From: Promethearchaeota archaeon
Lineage (GTDB): Archaea > Asgardarchaeota > Lokiarchaeia > Sigyniarchaeales > SOKP01
Reading direction: 5' to 3'
DNA length: 18,301 nt
NCBI GenBank assembly: GCA_018238625.1
Contig: JABCSY010000084.1
Coordinates: forward strand, 1-18,301
The notes beneath the pieces were generated by a model, which saw nothing but the letters and a program-made list of their open reading frames with translations, was not told the origin of the DNA and did not search any database. Numbering within the stretch: position 1 is the stretch's first letter; each line of letters opens with the position of its first letter. Shown piece by piece: positions 7,730-17,033 of the stretch. A program made the translations under genes and the position numbers.

Positions 7730-9595
7730 ATGGCAAATAGATTAAATAGAATTATCCCCGCTATATGGGGGTTTATTATTTTAATGAGCATTATTATTGC
7801 TTTATTTATTCCTCAGTTTTTTAAAGTATCTTTTAACAAACTCGATGATATTCAACTTAATTTAAATATGCACCAAGATTTTAACTTGAATTATTTTTAT
7901 ATTGGAATTTCGGGGGGTCCTAGTGATCTTGATCCAGTTCATTCTATGGATAGAATTTCAAATGACATGATTTCCCAAGTTGCGGAAGGATTGTTTATGC
8001 ATGATTTTTCTGATCCCGACCTAAATTTTGTTCCAAGACTCGCTGCTGATTATGGAATTTGGGATGCTACCAGAACGCATTATACAGTTCCACTTAGACA
8101 AGGCGTAAAATTCCATGATGGTACGAAATTTAATGCAAGCTCAGTAAAATGGAACTTTGAACGAATTAATTGGTTCCTAAACGCGACTGGTAATTTAGAT
8201 ACCACTCTTACTAAATGTCACCCTTTATGGAGACTGTCAAATGGTTCTTTGCTTCTTGACGCAGTTAATCCAGTTACTATTAATAATGAATATAGTGTAA
8301 CCATTAATTTAGCTGCTCCATATACAATTTTCGAAAAATTACTTTGTTATGTCAATGCATATATGCTATCTCCAAAATCAACTCCTAAATATGAAATCAT
8401 TAATACAAATTCTTTCGGCTTAGTTGGAACAGGCCCTTTTGTTTACTATTTTTACGATCCTTCTTATGGATTTCTCTTCGAACGTTGGAGCTGGTATTGG
8501 AGAGAACCAACATATATTACTGGAATCATTTTTAGAATTATGGATGATAATGAAGCATTAAATTATGCTTTATTGAATGGGTATATTCACTTTTTATACG
8601 AACCTATGTCATCAATGTTGTCCACCTTTAGGAACAATTCTGATATAATTGTGGAGGAGAATGAAATATCATCCTTAGAATATTATTATCTTGGTATGAA
8701 TAATGAAAAAATAAATAGAACGTGGAGACAAGCTATATCTTTCGCACTTAACTACACATACATTACCAAAGAACTACAAGACGGTACGGTCTATAGATCA
8801 AATGGTCCATTAGCACCTGACTTCCCCGGTTATAACGCTAGTATTAAAGCGGCTACTTGGGATTTAGCACATGCAAGATCACTTGTTCAAGGCATGGGGT
8901 TAGCTACTGGATTAGTTGCTGATAACCTTACAACTGGAACAAATGCTGACGCTTGGAAAGCTTTATCCTTACAAACATGGAACTATTCCTATAATACAGA
9001 TAATCAATTTAGAGCGGATTTAGGTGTTCTGGTAAAGGATAACCTTGACCAAATTGGAATTAACGTTGTAGACCAAGGAATGTCCTGGGCTGATTTCATT
9101 TATAGAGCTTACGGATATATGGAACCTGGTGGATACGATTCTTTAGAACTTTTTTGGATTGGAGGGAGCCCAGATTATCTCTCTCCTTACAATATGATTT
9201 TTCCATTATTCTCAAACAAATCCGCGTCTAATTCTGCTCAATACTATAATGCTGACGTAGAACAGTGGCTTGAAGAAGTCTTAGAAGAAACTGACGCAGC
9301 TGCAAGAGCTATTCTATATTCGAAGATTCTACATCAAATAGTTGAAGTAGACATGCCTCACGCGTTTGGCTATCATCCAATGTTAGTTTCTGTTTATAAC
9401 AAAGTTGTAAAAGGATTTTATCAGAATGCGTTAAATCAACTATATTGTTACCCTATAAGGATTCCTAAAATTCCTTGTTGTAGTGAATCATATATTCCAG
9501 GGTATTCAATTCTCTATATTTTCATTATTTCATTAGTCATGATTACTTATCTTTATGATAAAAACAAAGAAACTCTTAATTCCAAGGGACTTTAA
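7730..9595 (+). CDS. ABC transporter substrate-binding protein, family 5 (DppA/OppA-like), with a C-terminal Loki-CTERM-like anchor
   Basis: N-terminal hydrophobic signal/TM, 'LDPVHSMD', 'LRQGVKFHDGTKFNASSVKWNFER', 'VGTGPF' and 'WRQAISFALNY'. C-terminal IPGY plus hydrophobic helix plus Lys residues. Confidence 0.92.
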   Translation: MANRLNRIIPAIWGFIILMSIIIALFIPQFFKVSFNKLDDIQLNLNMHQDFNLNYFYIGISGGPSDLDPVHSMDRISNDMISQVAEGLFMHDFSDPDLNFVPRLAADYGIWDATRTHYTVPLRQGVKFHDGTKFNASSVKWNFERINWFLNATGNLDTTLTKCHPLWRLSNGSLLLDAVNPVTINNEYSVTINLAAPYTIFEKLLCYVNAYMLSPKSTPKYEIINTNSFGLVGTGPFVYYFYDPSYGFLFERWSWYWREPTYITGIIFRIMDDNEALNYALLNGYIHFLYEPMSSMLSTFRNNSDIIVEENEISSLEYYYLGMNNEKINRTWRQAISFALNYTYITKELQDGTVYRSNGPLAPDFPGYNASIKAATWDLAHARSLVQGMGLATGLVADNLTTGTNADAWKALSLQTWNYSYNTDNQFRADLGVLVKDNLDQIGINVVDQGMSWADFIYRAYGYMEPGGYDSLELFWIGGSPDYLSPYNMIFPLFSNKSASNSAQYYNADVEQWLEEVLEETDAAARAILYSKILHQIVEVDMPHAFGYHPMLVSVYNKVVKGFYQNALNQLYCYPIRIPKIPCCSESYIPGYSILYIFIISLVMITYLYDKNKETLNSKGL

Positions 9596-9613
9596 ACCCT
9601 TTGAGGTTTTTTT
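9594..9613 (+). terminator. Short hairpin plus T-run between the convergent SBP and SWIM genes
   Basis: AAACC-CTTTGA-GGTTT followed by more Ts. Confidence 0.3.
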
Positions 9614-9629
9614 CCCCAAATTCTTATCA

Positions 9630-10583
9630 TTAACTTAGTTCTGAAGAGCTCTCATGCATTTTTGATGTAATTTTTCGATAAATTGCTCTTAACACGATCT
9701 CAAAAGCCTTATTTTCAATATTTTGGGGCATTCCTAAATTCTCTAAAGTTTCTATGATTTTTCCAGGCTTTCTAAATGTAAAACCAATGTTATAATCGTC
9801 AATATCAGTGTCTGATTTTTTTTGTTCGCTTGATAATTCTGCAATAGAGATTTTTGGAACGTTAAATTTAAATTCAATATTACTCGTAGTAGAAACTTTT
9901 TCTGATTCATTTTTACTTTTTACTCCTTGCCCTAGGCTTAATTCGTTGAGAATTTCACTTTTAGATTTTCCTCGCAATTCTAACAGTAAAAATGGATTAT
10001 AATCTAAAACGCGGGCGATATATAAAATTACAGCCGCAATGTGCTTGCATGGAATTGCCGTATCGGGACAGGAACAAGTTGCATTTAAGCCCTTCGAAGC
10101 GTTTAGAAATAGCGAATATCCATTCTCATCAAAAATAGTAATTATATCTTCTGGCAAGAAGCCTTCTAATAATTCTATTAGGTTGATGGTTTTTTTTGCT
10201 AGTTCTCTAAGTATGATTTTCCATCCTTCTTCGAGGATAGGTTCAAAATTTATTTTTACTCTATATGGCGTTGGAGCAGTACCTTGTACGGTTGCGAAGA
10301 TTTGACCCGTACTAATAGAAAGATTCTCGATTCGTCTTTCGTCCTTAACGTATTCAATCCCCCTTTGCATTCTGAATGGCCGTCCTACTTTTAAATTTGA
10401 TTGAATCCATTGCTTACCCCAAGAAGTTTTGGCAAAATTTACGAGGTTTTTTTTAATTTGTTCAACTTCTTCACGAGTGCGTTCTTTCTCGTATTCGGTC
10501 TTTTTTTGGGGCTTGGTAGGTCCTTTACGCCTACTACGACGATTTTCCATGAATTCTTTTCTACGATTGTCTATTTTTATCAC
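9630..10583 (-). CDS. SWIM zinc-finger protein (YwqB/Rv2102-like partner of SNF2 ATPase)
   Basis: 'SWGKQWI', 'RMQRGIEY', 'ATVQGT..PYRVKI', CxC-x6-CxH ('CSCPDTAIPCKH') and 'NPFLLLELRG'. Lies 9 nt downstream of SNF2. Start is uncertain (GTG 10583 or the ATG of MENRR). Confidence 0.9.
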   Translation of the reverse strand: MIKIDNRRKEFMENRRSRRKGPTKPQKKTEYEKERTREEVEQIKKNLVNFAKTSWGKQWIQSNLKVGRPFRMQRGIEYVKDERRIENLSISTGQIFATVQGTAPTPYRVKINFEPILEEGWKIILRELAKKTINLIELLEGFLPEDIITIFDENGYSLFLNASKGLNATCSCPDTAIPCKHIAAVILYIARVLDYNPFLLLELRGKSKSEILNELSLGQGVKSKNESEKVSTTSNIEFKFNVPKISIAELSSEQKKSDTDIDDYNIGFTFRKPGKIIETLENLGMPQNIENKAFEIVLRAIYRKITSKMHESSSELS

Positions 10584-10592
10584 TTATAGTTT

Positions 10593-13500
10593 TTAATTGC
10601 TTAATAATAACAATTTTTTTAATTTTTCATCATCTAAATTTGATATCCAAGATTCCCCTGTGGAAGTAACGATTTTATCTGCTAAATCTCGCTTTTCTTC
10701 CAGTAAATCATCGATCTTTTCTTCAATAGTTCCTTTAGAAATGAATTTATAAACATTTACAACCGATTTTTGACCAATTCGATAAGCCCTATCTGTTGCC
10801 TGGTCCTCAACTGCTGGGTTCCACCACCTGTCGAAATGGACGACTGTTGTACCTTGGGTCAAGTTTAAACCCGTTCCACCAGCTTTTAGAGACAAAATTA
10901 ATATTGGAGGGCTTTCAATATTATCTGATTGAAATTCATCGACAATTTCTTTTCTTTTCTTTTCTTGCACTCCCCCATGAAAGTAAAGAATCTTAAATTT
11001 GTATTTGTGTTCAAGAATTTTTTGTAAGAGATTTCCCATTTGCGTGAACTGAGTGAAGATTAAGATTTTCTCTCCATTTGAGATGACCTCATCGATCATT
11101 TCCAATAATCTCTCTAATTTTTGTGATTGGGAGACAAGTTCCTCTATTTTGGTATCCATATCTATTGATGATATATCTTTTTTAAGATATTGAGAAGGAT
11201 GATTACAAATCTGTTTTAATTTTACTAATAAGGCTAATATTAGCCCTTTCTTCTTTCTTTTATCCGTTGATAAATTTTCAATCTCTTCCAACGTATTTTC
11301 TACAAGTTCTTGGTAGAGTTTAACTTGTACATCTGTTAATTCGATAATTATTTTCATTTCATTTTTTTCAGGTAAATCACTAATAACAGATTTATCTGAT
11401 TTGACGCGGCGCATGATAAAGGGAGCAATAATTAACTTTAAATTATTTACTATTTCTTGATTTTGAAATCGTTCTATTGGCAAGACGTATTTCCTCTGAA
11501 ATTCCAACCTACTTCCTAATAAACCGGGATTTAAGAAATTAAAAAGCGACCAAAGCTCAATTAAACGATTTTCTATTGGAGTACCGCTCAAACAAATTCT
11601 AAATTGACTTTTTAGCCTATTTATTGCTTTAGTTTGTTTTGAAGCGTAATTTTTCATGTTTTGACTCTCGTCAACGATGATTCCGCTAAAATCAATTGTT
11701 TCTAAAAAGTCAATATCGTTTCTAATAGTTCCATAAGATGTTAGAAAAATTCGATGAGGTTTTAAAAACTCAGGAATTCCTGACGCTTCGGTAATTCGCT
11801 TAGCTCCATGGTGAAGTATAACGTCTAAATCAGGAGCAAATCTTTTTAACTCACGATACCAATTAAATAATATTGAGGTGGGGCATATAATTAAAACACT
11901 TCCCAGATTATTCGGAAATTGAGTTTTAAGATAACTTAAAAACGCAATGACTTGGATCGTCTTTCCAAGCCCCATATCGTCAGCTAAACACAACCCAAAG
12001 TTGAATCCTGCCATGTTTGCCATCCATGTCAATCCATCTTGCTGATAATGACGCAACTTTCCGTTAAACGACGGAGGACAAGGAATTTCCTTAAATGATT
12101 CTACTGATTTTAATTTTTCAATAATCTCGCTTAATTCTCCTTCGACAATTACATCGTACTCAATACCGTTTTCTTGAAGTTGAGTCTTTCCAGTTAATCC
12201 AAGTTTAAGGGCTTCCATATAACCTTTTATTTCAGAACCCTTAATGCTCTTTAAATCTTCAATATCTTGCTGATCAACTAAGATCCATTTTCCACTTAAG
12301 TTAATTAATGGAGCGTTGGAGCTAATCAAATTATCGAAATCCTCGTCCGAGATCCTTTTACCTTCAAGAGAAACATCCCATTTAGATTCTAGCATTGAAT
12401 CAATATCAAACATTGATGGCAAAACCGAGGATGTCCCCTTCTTTACCTTTTCTTCATTTTTTGAACGAATAACTAGCTTTGCTGATAAACGTTGTTTTCC
12501 CCCCCTCCTAAATACATCAGGAAGAACAATATTAAACCCATTTTGAATCAATAAATCTTTTGGATATCTTAAAAAATCCATTACTTCTCTGGAAGTAAGT
12601 TTAATCTCGCCTTGTATGGTTTCTAATAAAGCTCTTTTAATTGGTGGGAATATCTTTGCTGCTGCCCCCAAAGCTCTTAAAATTATTTCTAAAAATTGTC
12701 CATCGTTTTCAAAAAATTTTTGAAAATCTTTTTTTTTAAAGTTACTACCTTCCCTGAGTTCATTTAAAGGAATGGATTTTACACCGTCTTGTAAAGAAAG
12801 GTAAAATAATAGTGGCCAATCATCTTCTGGTTTTTTAGGGTATTTCAATTCTAAATTGAATGTAAAACCGTGCTTTAACGTAAATCCTTGAGCAGATTGA
12901 GTCCAATTATTTATTAGAGTTGGTAAAATTGATTCATAAAATTCTTCTACTTTGAAACTATGATCTTTTCCGACGAGAGATTTAAGAAATTTGTAATCCC
13001 AACCTAAAACAAAGTCTGGATCTGTTTCCTTTTTAATTTCTGTGCTATAAAATTCTTTAAAAGTTTGAAAACTACTCCTCTTGAGCGTTGAGCGTATTAA
13101 ATAATCTCCTATATTATCCATGAAGATTGAAAAAACATAGGAGGGGTGCCAAAGACCACTTGATTTAATTGCTCCATTTACTCGAATGAAATTTATTGGA
13201 AGACAAAAAGCAGGCCAAGAACTATTATTTAAGATCGTTTTAAAACGATTTTTATCACTTGGAGACTTTAGTAGTAAGCGCCATTGGCCTATGTATTTTT
13301 CTCCCGTAATTGGTTCTAAAAAAGGAATGAATTTTCCGTCGTTTAACAGTTCAAATATTAATTTTGTTAAAAACGCCCATGTCTTAATAGAATTACTAAA
13401 ACGCTTCATACCTCTATCTTGATTGCCAATTATTTCCAATTGAAATAACAATTTTAGAGTAGGTGCAATAGGCATGATTTTTCCAATGAACGACGACACT

Positions 13501-13790
13501 TCAAAAAATTGAGTGGAAGATTTCATGTCATTATTAGTTTTAAATGAATGTATCGGAACCGCAAGGTTGATTTTACACGCTAACAACTTATTTGCAGGAA
13601 TAGTTGGAAAATTGAGCTTAACTTGCTCAGTAAGCTCCTTTTCTGATAGATTTGCTGGATTCCACAATAGAAAAAAACTAGAATTTCTAGGAAGTTGTTT
13701 TCCTTTAGAAATTAATTCAAACCCACTTAATGGCTCATTCCAATAAGATACGGGAATATAAATTAATTCGAGTTTATTAACAAGTTTCAT
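10593..13790 (-). CDS. SNF2-family (DEAD/DEAH superfamily 2) ATPase/translocase, YwqA/HelZ-like with long N-terminal extension
   Basis: 'LRHYQQDG', Walker A 'LADDMGLGKT', Walker B 'IVDESQN', 'SGTPIEN', 'LKQICNHP', 'FTQF', 'SLKAGGTGLNL' and 'DRWWNPAVEDQATDRAYRIGQ'. The segment 'PLINLSGKWILVD' before the ATPase is DUF3670-like. Confidence 0.95.
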   Translation of the reverse strand: MKLVNKLELIYIPVSYWNEPLSGFELISKGKQLPRNSSFFLLWNPANLSEKELTEQVKLNFPTIPANKLLACKINLAVPIHSFKTNNDMKSSTQFFEVSSFIGKIMPIAPTLKLLFQLEIIGNQDRGMKRFSNSIKTWAFLTKLIFELLNDGKFIPFLEPITGEKYIGQWRLLLKSPSDKNRFKTILNNSSWPAFCLPINFIRVNGAIKSSGLWHPSYVFSIFMDNIGDYLIRSTLKRSSFQTFKEFYSTEIKKETDPDFVLGWDYKFLKSLVGKDHSFKVEEFYESILPTLINNWTQSAQGFTLKHGFTFNLELKYPKKPEDDWPLLFYLSLQDGVKSIPLNELREGSNFKKKDFQKFFENDGQFLEIILRALGAAAKIFPPIKRALLETIQGEIKLTSREVMDFLRYPKDLLIQNGFNIVLPDVFRRGGKQRLSAKLVIRSKNEEKVKKGTSSVLPSMFDIDSMLESKWDVSLEGKRISDEDFDNLISSNAPLINLSGKWILVDQQDIEDLKSIKGSEIKGYMEALKLGLTGKTQLQENGIEYDVIVEGELSEIIEKLKSVESFKEIPCPPSFNGKLRHYQQDGLTWMANMAGFNFGLCLADDMGLGKTIQVIAFLSYLKTQFPNNLGSVLIICPTSILFNWYRELKRFAPDLDVILHHGAKRITEASGIPEFLKPHRIFLTSYGTIRNDIDFLETIDFSGIIVDESQNMKNYASKQTKAINRLKSQFRICLSGTPIENRLIELWSLFNFLNPGLLGSRLEFQRKYVLPIERFQNQEIVNNLKLIIAPFIMRRVKSDKSVISDLPEKNEMKIIIELTDVQVKLYQELVENTLEEIENLSTDKRKKKGLILALLVKLKQICNHPSQYLKKDISSIDMDTKIEELVSQSQKLERLLEMIDEVISNGEKILIFTQFTQMGNLLQKILEHKYKFKILYFHGGVQEKKRKEIVDEFQSDNIESPPILILSLKAGGTGLNLTQGTTVVHFDRWWNPAVEDQATDRAYRIGQKSVVNVYKFISKGTIEEKIDDLLEEKRDLADKIVTSTGESWISNLDDEKLKKLLLLSN

Positions 13791-13917
13791 GAATCAATAG
13801 GGCTCCAAATTAAAGAATAATTAAAGATTTTTGGTTATAGATTTTCTAATATTTAGTGTTGGTATATTTAAAACCTCGATGTATTTAATGTAAAATTAGA
13901 TTAAAATTTATTTTTTT

Positions 13918-14583
13918 TTAACTTTTTTTTTTACAATACAGAGCACTATCTCCATTAGTAATGGTATCACGCTCTTCTTTAGTTATAGAAAATAATTTAT
14001 GTAGGTTTTCCATTAGTATTGAATAATCAGCTTTTTCCAAAATTGCCAGAAGAACAGATTCTTCCGTCCATTTATCCCATGATATAAAAAAATTAACGTA
14101 AAATATTTCACTTTTATAGCCTTTTGTTGTATAAATTACTTCTATATCGTATAAATTAACAATAGCTAAGTCTTTTTGAATCAGTATTGAATTACTGTCA
14201 TATTTAGAAGCATCTAATTTGAGATAAGATAGAGATTTTTGAATCCATCTCTTATTGGTTAGAATGGTAAATTCTTCGTAATTTATTAGATCTTTAGTTC
14301 TTAAATCTAATTTTTTTAATCTTTTCCTGTAGTTAATAAATTCGACGAAAAAGAAACACAATGGAAGAATCGAAATAAAAATTAAAATTTGAAATATCAA
14401 ATAAGCGTCAAAGTTAATTGTCGATGTTATAAAATATAGTAAGAGAGAAATACAAACAATAAAACCGAGAAGAAAACCAACCCTCTTTAGACCTTTTAAC
14501 TTATTAAACAATTTTCTTTGTTCCCATAAAATATCTTCGTCAAGATTTAGCTTAGATTTAACTTCCTCGAATGATTTACTCAT
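13918..14583 (-). CDS. Hypothetical membrane protein (2 TM plus possible bacterial-PH-like beta domain)
   Basis: 'LNLDEDILWEQ', two hydrophobic helices (aa ~36-80), then 'FTILTNKRWI'. This layout is typical of membrane-anchored bPH-type proteins. Confidence 0.7.
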   Translation of the reverse strand: MSKSFEEVKSKLNLDEDILWEQRKLFNKLKGLKRVGFLLGFIVCISLLLYFITSTINFDAYLIFQILIFISILPLCFFFVEFINYRKRLKKLDLRTKDLINYEEFTILTNKRWIQKSLSYLKLDASKYDSNSILIQKDLAIVNLYDIEVIYTTKGYKSEIFYVNFFISWDKWTEESVLLAILEKADYSILMENLHKLFSITKEERDTITNGDSALYCKKKS

Positions 14584-14699
14584 ATTTTTATGACTTTTTT
14601 TTTTAAATCAATATTATGTTAAAAATAGTCTACATATAATAAGATATCCCAAAAAACATCTAATAGAAATCTAAAATAAAATTAGTAAAAATAAATTTA

Positions 14700-15845
14700 T
14701 TAAAAATTCAAAGGTTCTGATTTGGTGATAATTTCTACCTTGCCATTCCGAATTAAAATATCATTCTCAAGTCTCTGGCCTCCTAACCCTTGCTTGTAAG
14801 CTCCAGGTTCAATAGTAAATACCATTCCATCTTGAATTGTTTCTTCTTTCCAATGTTTTTTTGAATACTCATCCGTAGGTTTTCGGCTTATAAATGGTGA
14901 ATCGTGTTCAGTCAACCCTAAGCCATGACCTAAAGAATAAGGCATAGGATAACCTCCTTTCTTAAGTATCTGCTCTGCTATATCATGAATTTTCCATAAA
15001 GGCACACCTATGTCAATCATTTCAATTGCTGCTTCATAAGATTTGATTGTCAATTCACGCATTGTAATCTGTTCGTCTGATAATTTGCCGAAACTAATCG
15101 GAACGGTAATATCACTGTGATATCCTTGAAATTTTGCACCAAAATCGATTAAAGCTAACCCAGGTAGTCCAAATTTCTGGTCACTAGCAAAAGGATGTTG
15201 GTGTATCTCGTGAGCACGGGAAGAATTTGCAACAAGGGGTTCAAACGCAACATCGTCAGCCCCATACTCCGCCATTTTTTTTCTTACTATAAACGATAAA
15301 TCTTTTTCTGTTCCATCAGGAGTATTAATGCAGAAATCTTGGATATCACTGATAGTTCTTGTTCCAATTTGCGCTGCTTTTATTAATTTCTTGATCTCAA
15401 ATTCAGTTTTTGTTGCCCTTAATTTTTCGAAAACTTGCGTGATTTGGATAGGTTCTTCAAAATACTTAACTCCGGGTATAATTGCTTTCATTTTTACAAT
15501 GAAGCCATAAGTAGTCATTGAATGGGCTCCGACCGTAATAGATGATTTTTTCCAGCGATTTTCAAATAATTCTTTCATTGCTAAAAATATATTGAAGCTA
15601 AAATTAGCTGGATTTATAATTTCATCAACCTCAGAATGCTTTTCTGCTAAAGGAACATCCCAAGGCATTAAGATCGATTCTCCACTTGAATTTATTAATA
15701 TCGTGGCATCGGTAGGATGCCCAGAAAGATATTGCAAGTTAACATTCCGACTGTTTTCGTAATCATTTATCAGTAGAACATCGATTTTCTTTTCTTCTAA
15801 AAATTTTAAAATAGATTCGAATTTATCTTCTGTAATAGGTTTCAT
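14700..15845 (-). CDS. Xaa-Pro dipeptidase/aminopeptidase (peptidase M24B, PepQ/PepP-like)
   Basis: Creatinase-like N-domain ('NLQYLSG'), 'LRATKTEFEI', and metal-ligand motifs 'LIDFGA', 'YHSDIT', 'LGHGLGL..HD', 'TIEPG' and 'RLEND'. Confidence 0.92.
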   Translation of the reverse strand: MKPITEDKFESILKFLEEKKIDVLLINDYENSRNVNLQYLSGHPTDATILINSSGESILMPWDVPLAEKHSEVDEIINPANFSFNIFLAMKELFENRWKKSSITVGAHSMTTYGFIVKMKAIIPGVKYFEEPIQITQVFEKLRATKTEFEIKKLIKAAQIGTRTISDIQDFCINTPDGTEKDLSFIVRKKMAEYGADDVAFEPLVANSSRAHEIHQHPFASDQKFGLPGLALIDFGAKFQGYHSDITVPISFGKLSDEQITMRELTIKSYEAAIEMIDIGVPLWKIHDIAEQILKKGGYPMPYSLGHGLGLTEHDSPFISRKPTDEYSKKHWKEETIQDGMVFTIEPGAYKQGLGGQRLENDILIRNGKVEIITKSEPLNF

Positions 15846-15849
15846 TAGC

Positions 15850-15856
15850 TCACCTT
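15850..15856 (-). promoter_or_regulatory. Archaeal-type Shine-Dalgarno site for the M24 peptidase
   Basis: AAGGTGA on the minus strand, 4 nt before the ATG at 15845. Confidence 0.55.
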
Positions 15857-15895
15857 ATTTTACTTTAATTAGAAATCTAACTTAAAAAAAAAGAT

Positions 15896-16981
15896 TTATA
15901 TTTTTAGAACATTTTCCTCAAACATCTGTTTATTAATTTTTACTCCTAAGCCAGGTTTATCTAACGCTTTAACTTTTCCTTTAACGCACTTTATAGGTTC
16001 CTCAAGTAATTGATACTCGTCTGGAATAAATGGAAATTCGCACCAATCACAACGCGAAGCCATAATATAATGTAGGTTGGCAGCCAGAATGTGGCCGAAC
16101 CCAAATATATGGGGTATACAACGCACTCCTTTTACTTCTGCCATCGCGTCAATCTTTTTAAGCTGTAAATAACCGCCGCTACGAGTAACATCAGGTTGAA
16201 CTATATCGTAGCTTCCCTTTGATAGAATATCCTCAAACCTGAATGTACCCATATCGTTTTCTCCTCCTGCTATTTCCACGGGAGATTTATTGCGTAAAAT
16301 AGCGAGACCGTTCAAATTATCGGAAGGTAAAGGTTCCTCTAGCCAAGCCACATTGTATTTATCGCAAATATGCGCGACTTTTAACGCGTCTCTAACCGTT
16401 GTATATCCCGAATTCACGTCCACCATAATATCTATGTCAGGAAAAGCGTCCCTAACTTCTTTTATGATAGCTTCATCGCTTTTTAAACTCTTTCCAATTC
16501 GCAACTTTACAGCCTTGAAGCCGTTTAAATCAATAGCGGCTTGCACAGCTCCAACAGCCGCTTTAGGTTTGTAACCCCGTGGCATAGACCCATAAGCTCT
16601 TACTTCTCTTTTCATCCCTCCCAACAACTTATATATGGGTTGCTTCGTTGCTTTTCCAATAATGTCCCAACATGCGATTTGTGCTGCACTTGTGCTTTGA
16701 GCAATACCAAACAAAATTCGGTTAGATGAATTATAAATATCATTGAATATAGCTTCCGTCATAAATGGGTCCTTTTTTAACAAATTTTTTTTTAATACTT
16801 CGTCAAAAAAGACTTTTTGTGCAGCATTCGATAAATTCCAATGGGATAACGCCCAACCGTCAATACCCTCATCAGTTTTAAGATTTATGTATAAACCATC
16901 TGCATTAAACCTAGGCATTGAGCCAATTTTTATTTTAAAATCTAAGCGAACTAAAAAAGTATTAACTTCAGTTATGATCAT
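15896..16981 (-). CDS. Mandelate racemase/muconate lactonizing enzyme family protein (enolase superfamily, probable acid-sugar dehydratase-like)
   Basis: 'KTDEGIDGW', 'IACWDIIGK..QPIYKLLGG', 'VKLRIG', metal ligands 'VDVN', 'WLEEP' and 'GGEN', plus 'VQPD', 'IPH' and 'PGLGV'. Confidence 0.92.
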   Translation of the reverse strand: MIITEVNTFLVRLDFKIKIGSMPRFNADGLYINLKTDEGIDGWALSHWNLSNAAQKVFFDEVLKKNLLKKDPFMTEAIFNDIYNSSNRILFGIAQSTSAAQIACWDIIGKATKQPIYKLLGGMKREVRAYGSMPRGYKPKAAVGAVQAAIDLNGFKAVKLRIGKSLKSDEAIIKEVRDAFPDIDIMVDVNSGYTTVRDALKVAHICDKYNVAWLEEPLPSDNLNGLAILRNKSPVEIAGGENDMGTFRFEDILSKGSYDIVQPDVTRSGGYLQLKKIDAMAEVKGVRCIPHIFGFGHILAANLHYIMASRCDWCEFPFIPDEYQLLEEPIKCVKGKVKALDKPGLGVKINKQMFEENVLKI

Positions 16982-17033
16982 GATTAATAATAGTCATTAG
17001 AAGTAAAAAAAGGTTATAACTCGTCTTTATCTC

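Noticed and set aside
9808-13746. Seven short plus-strand ORFs (62-88 aa) opposite SWIM/SNF2
   Set aside because: Antisense shadows of strongly supported genes.
15328-17000. Four short plus-strand ORFs opposite the peptidase and enolase-family genes
   Set aside because: Antisense shadows with no independent support.
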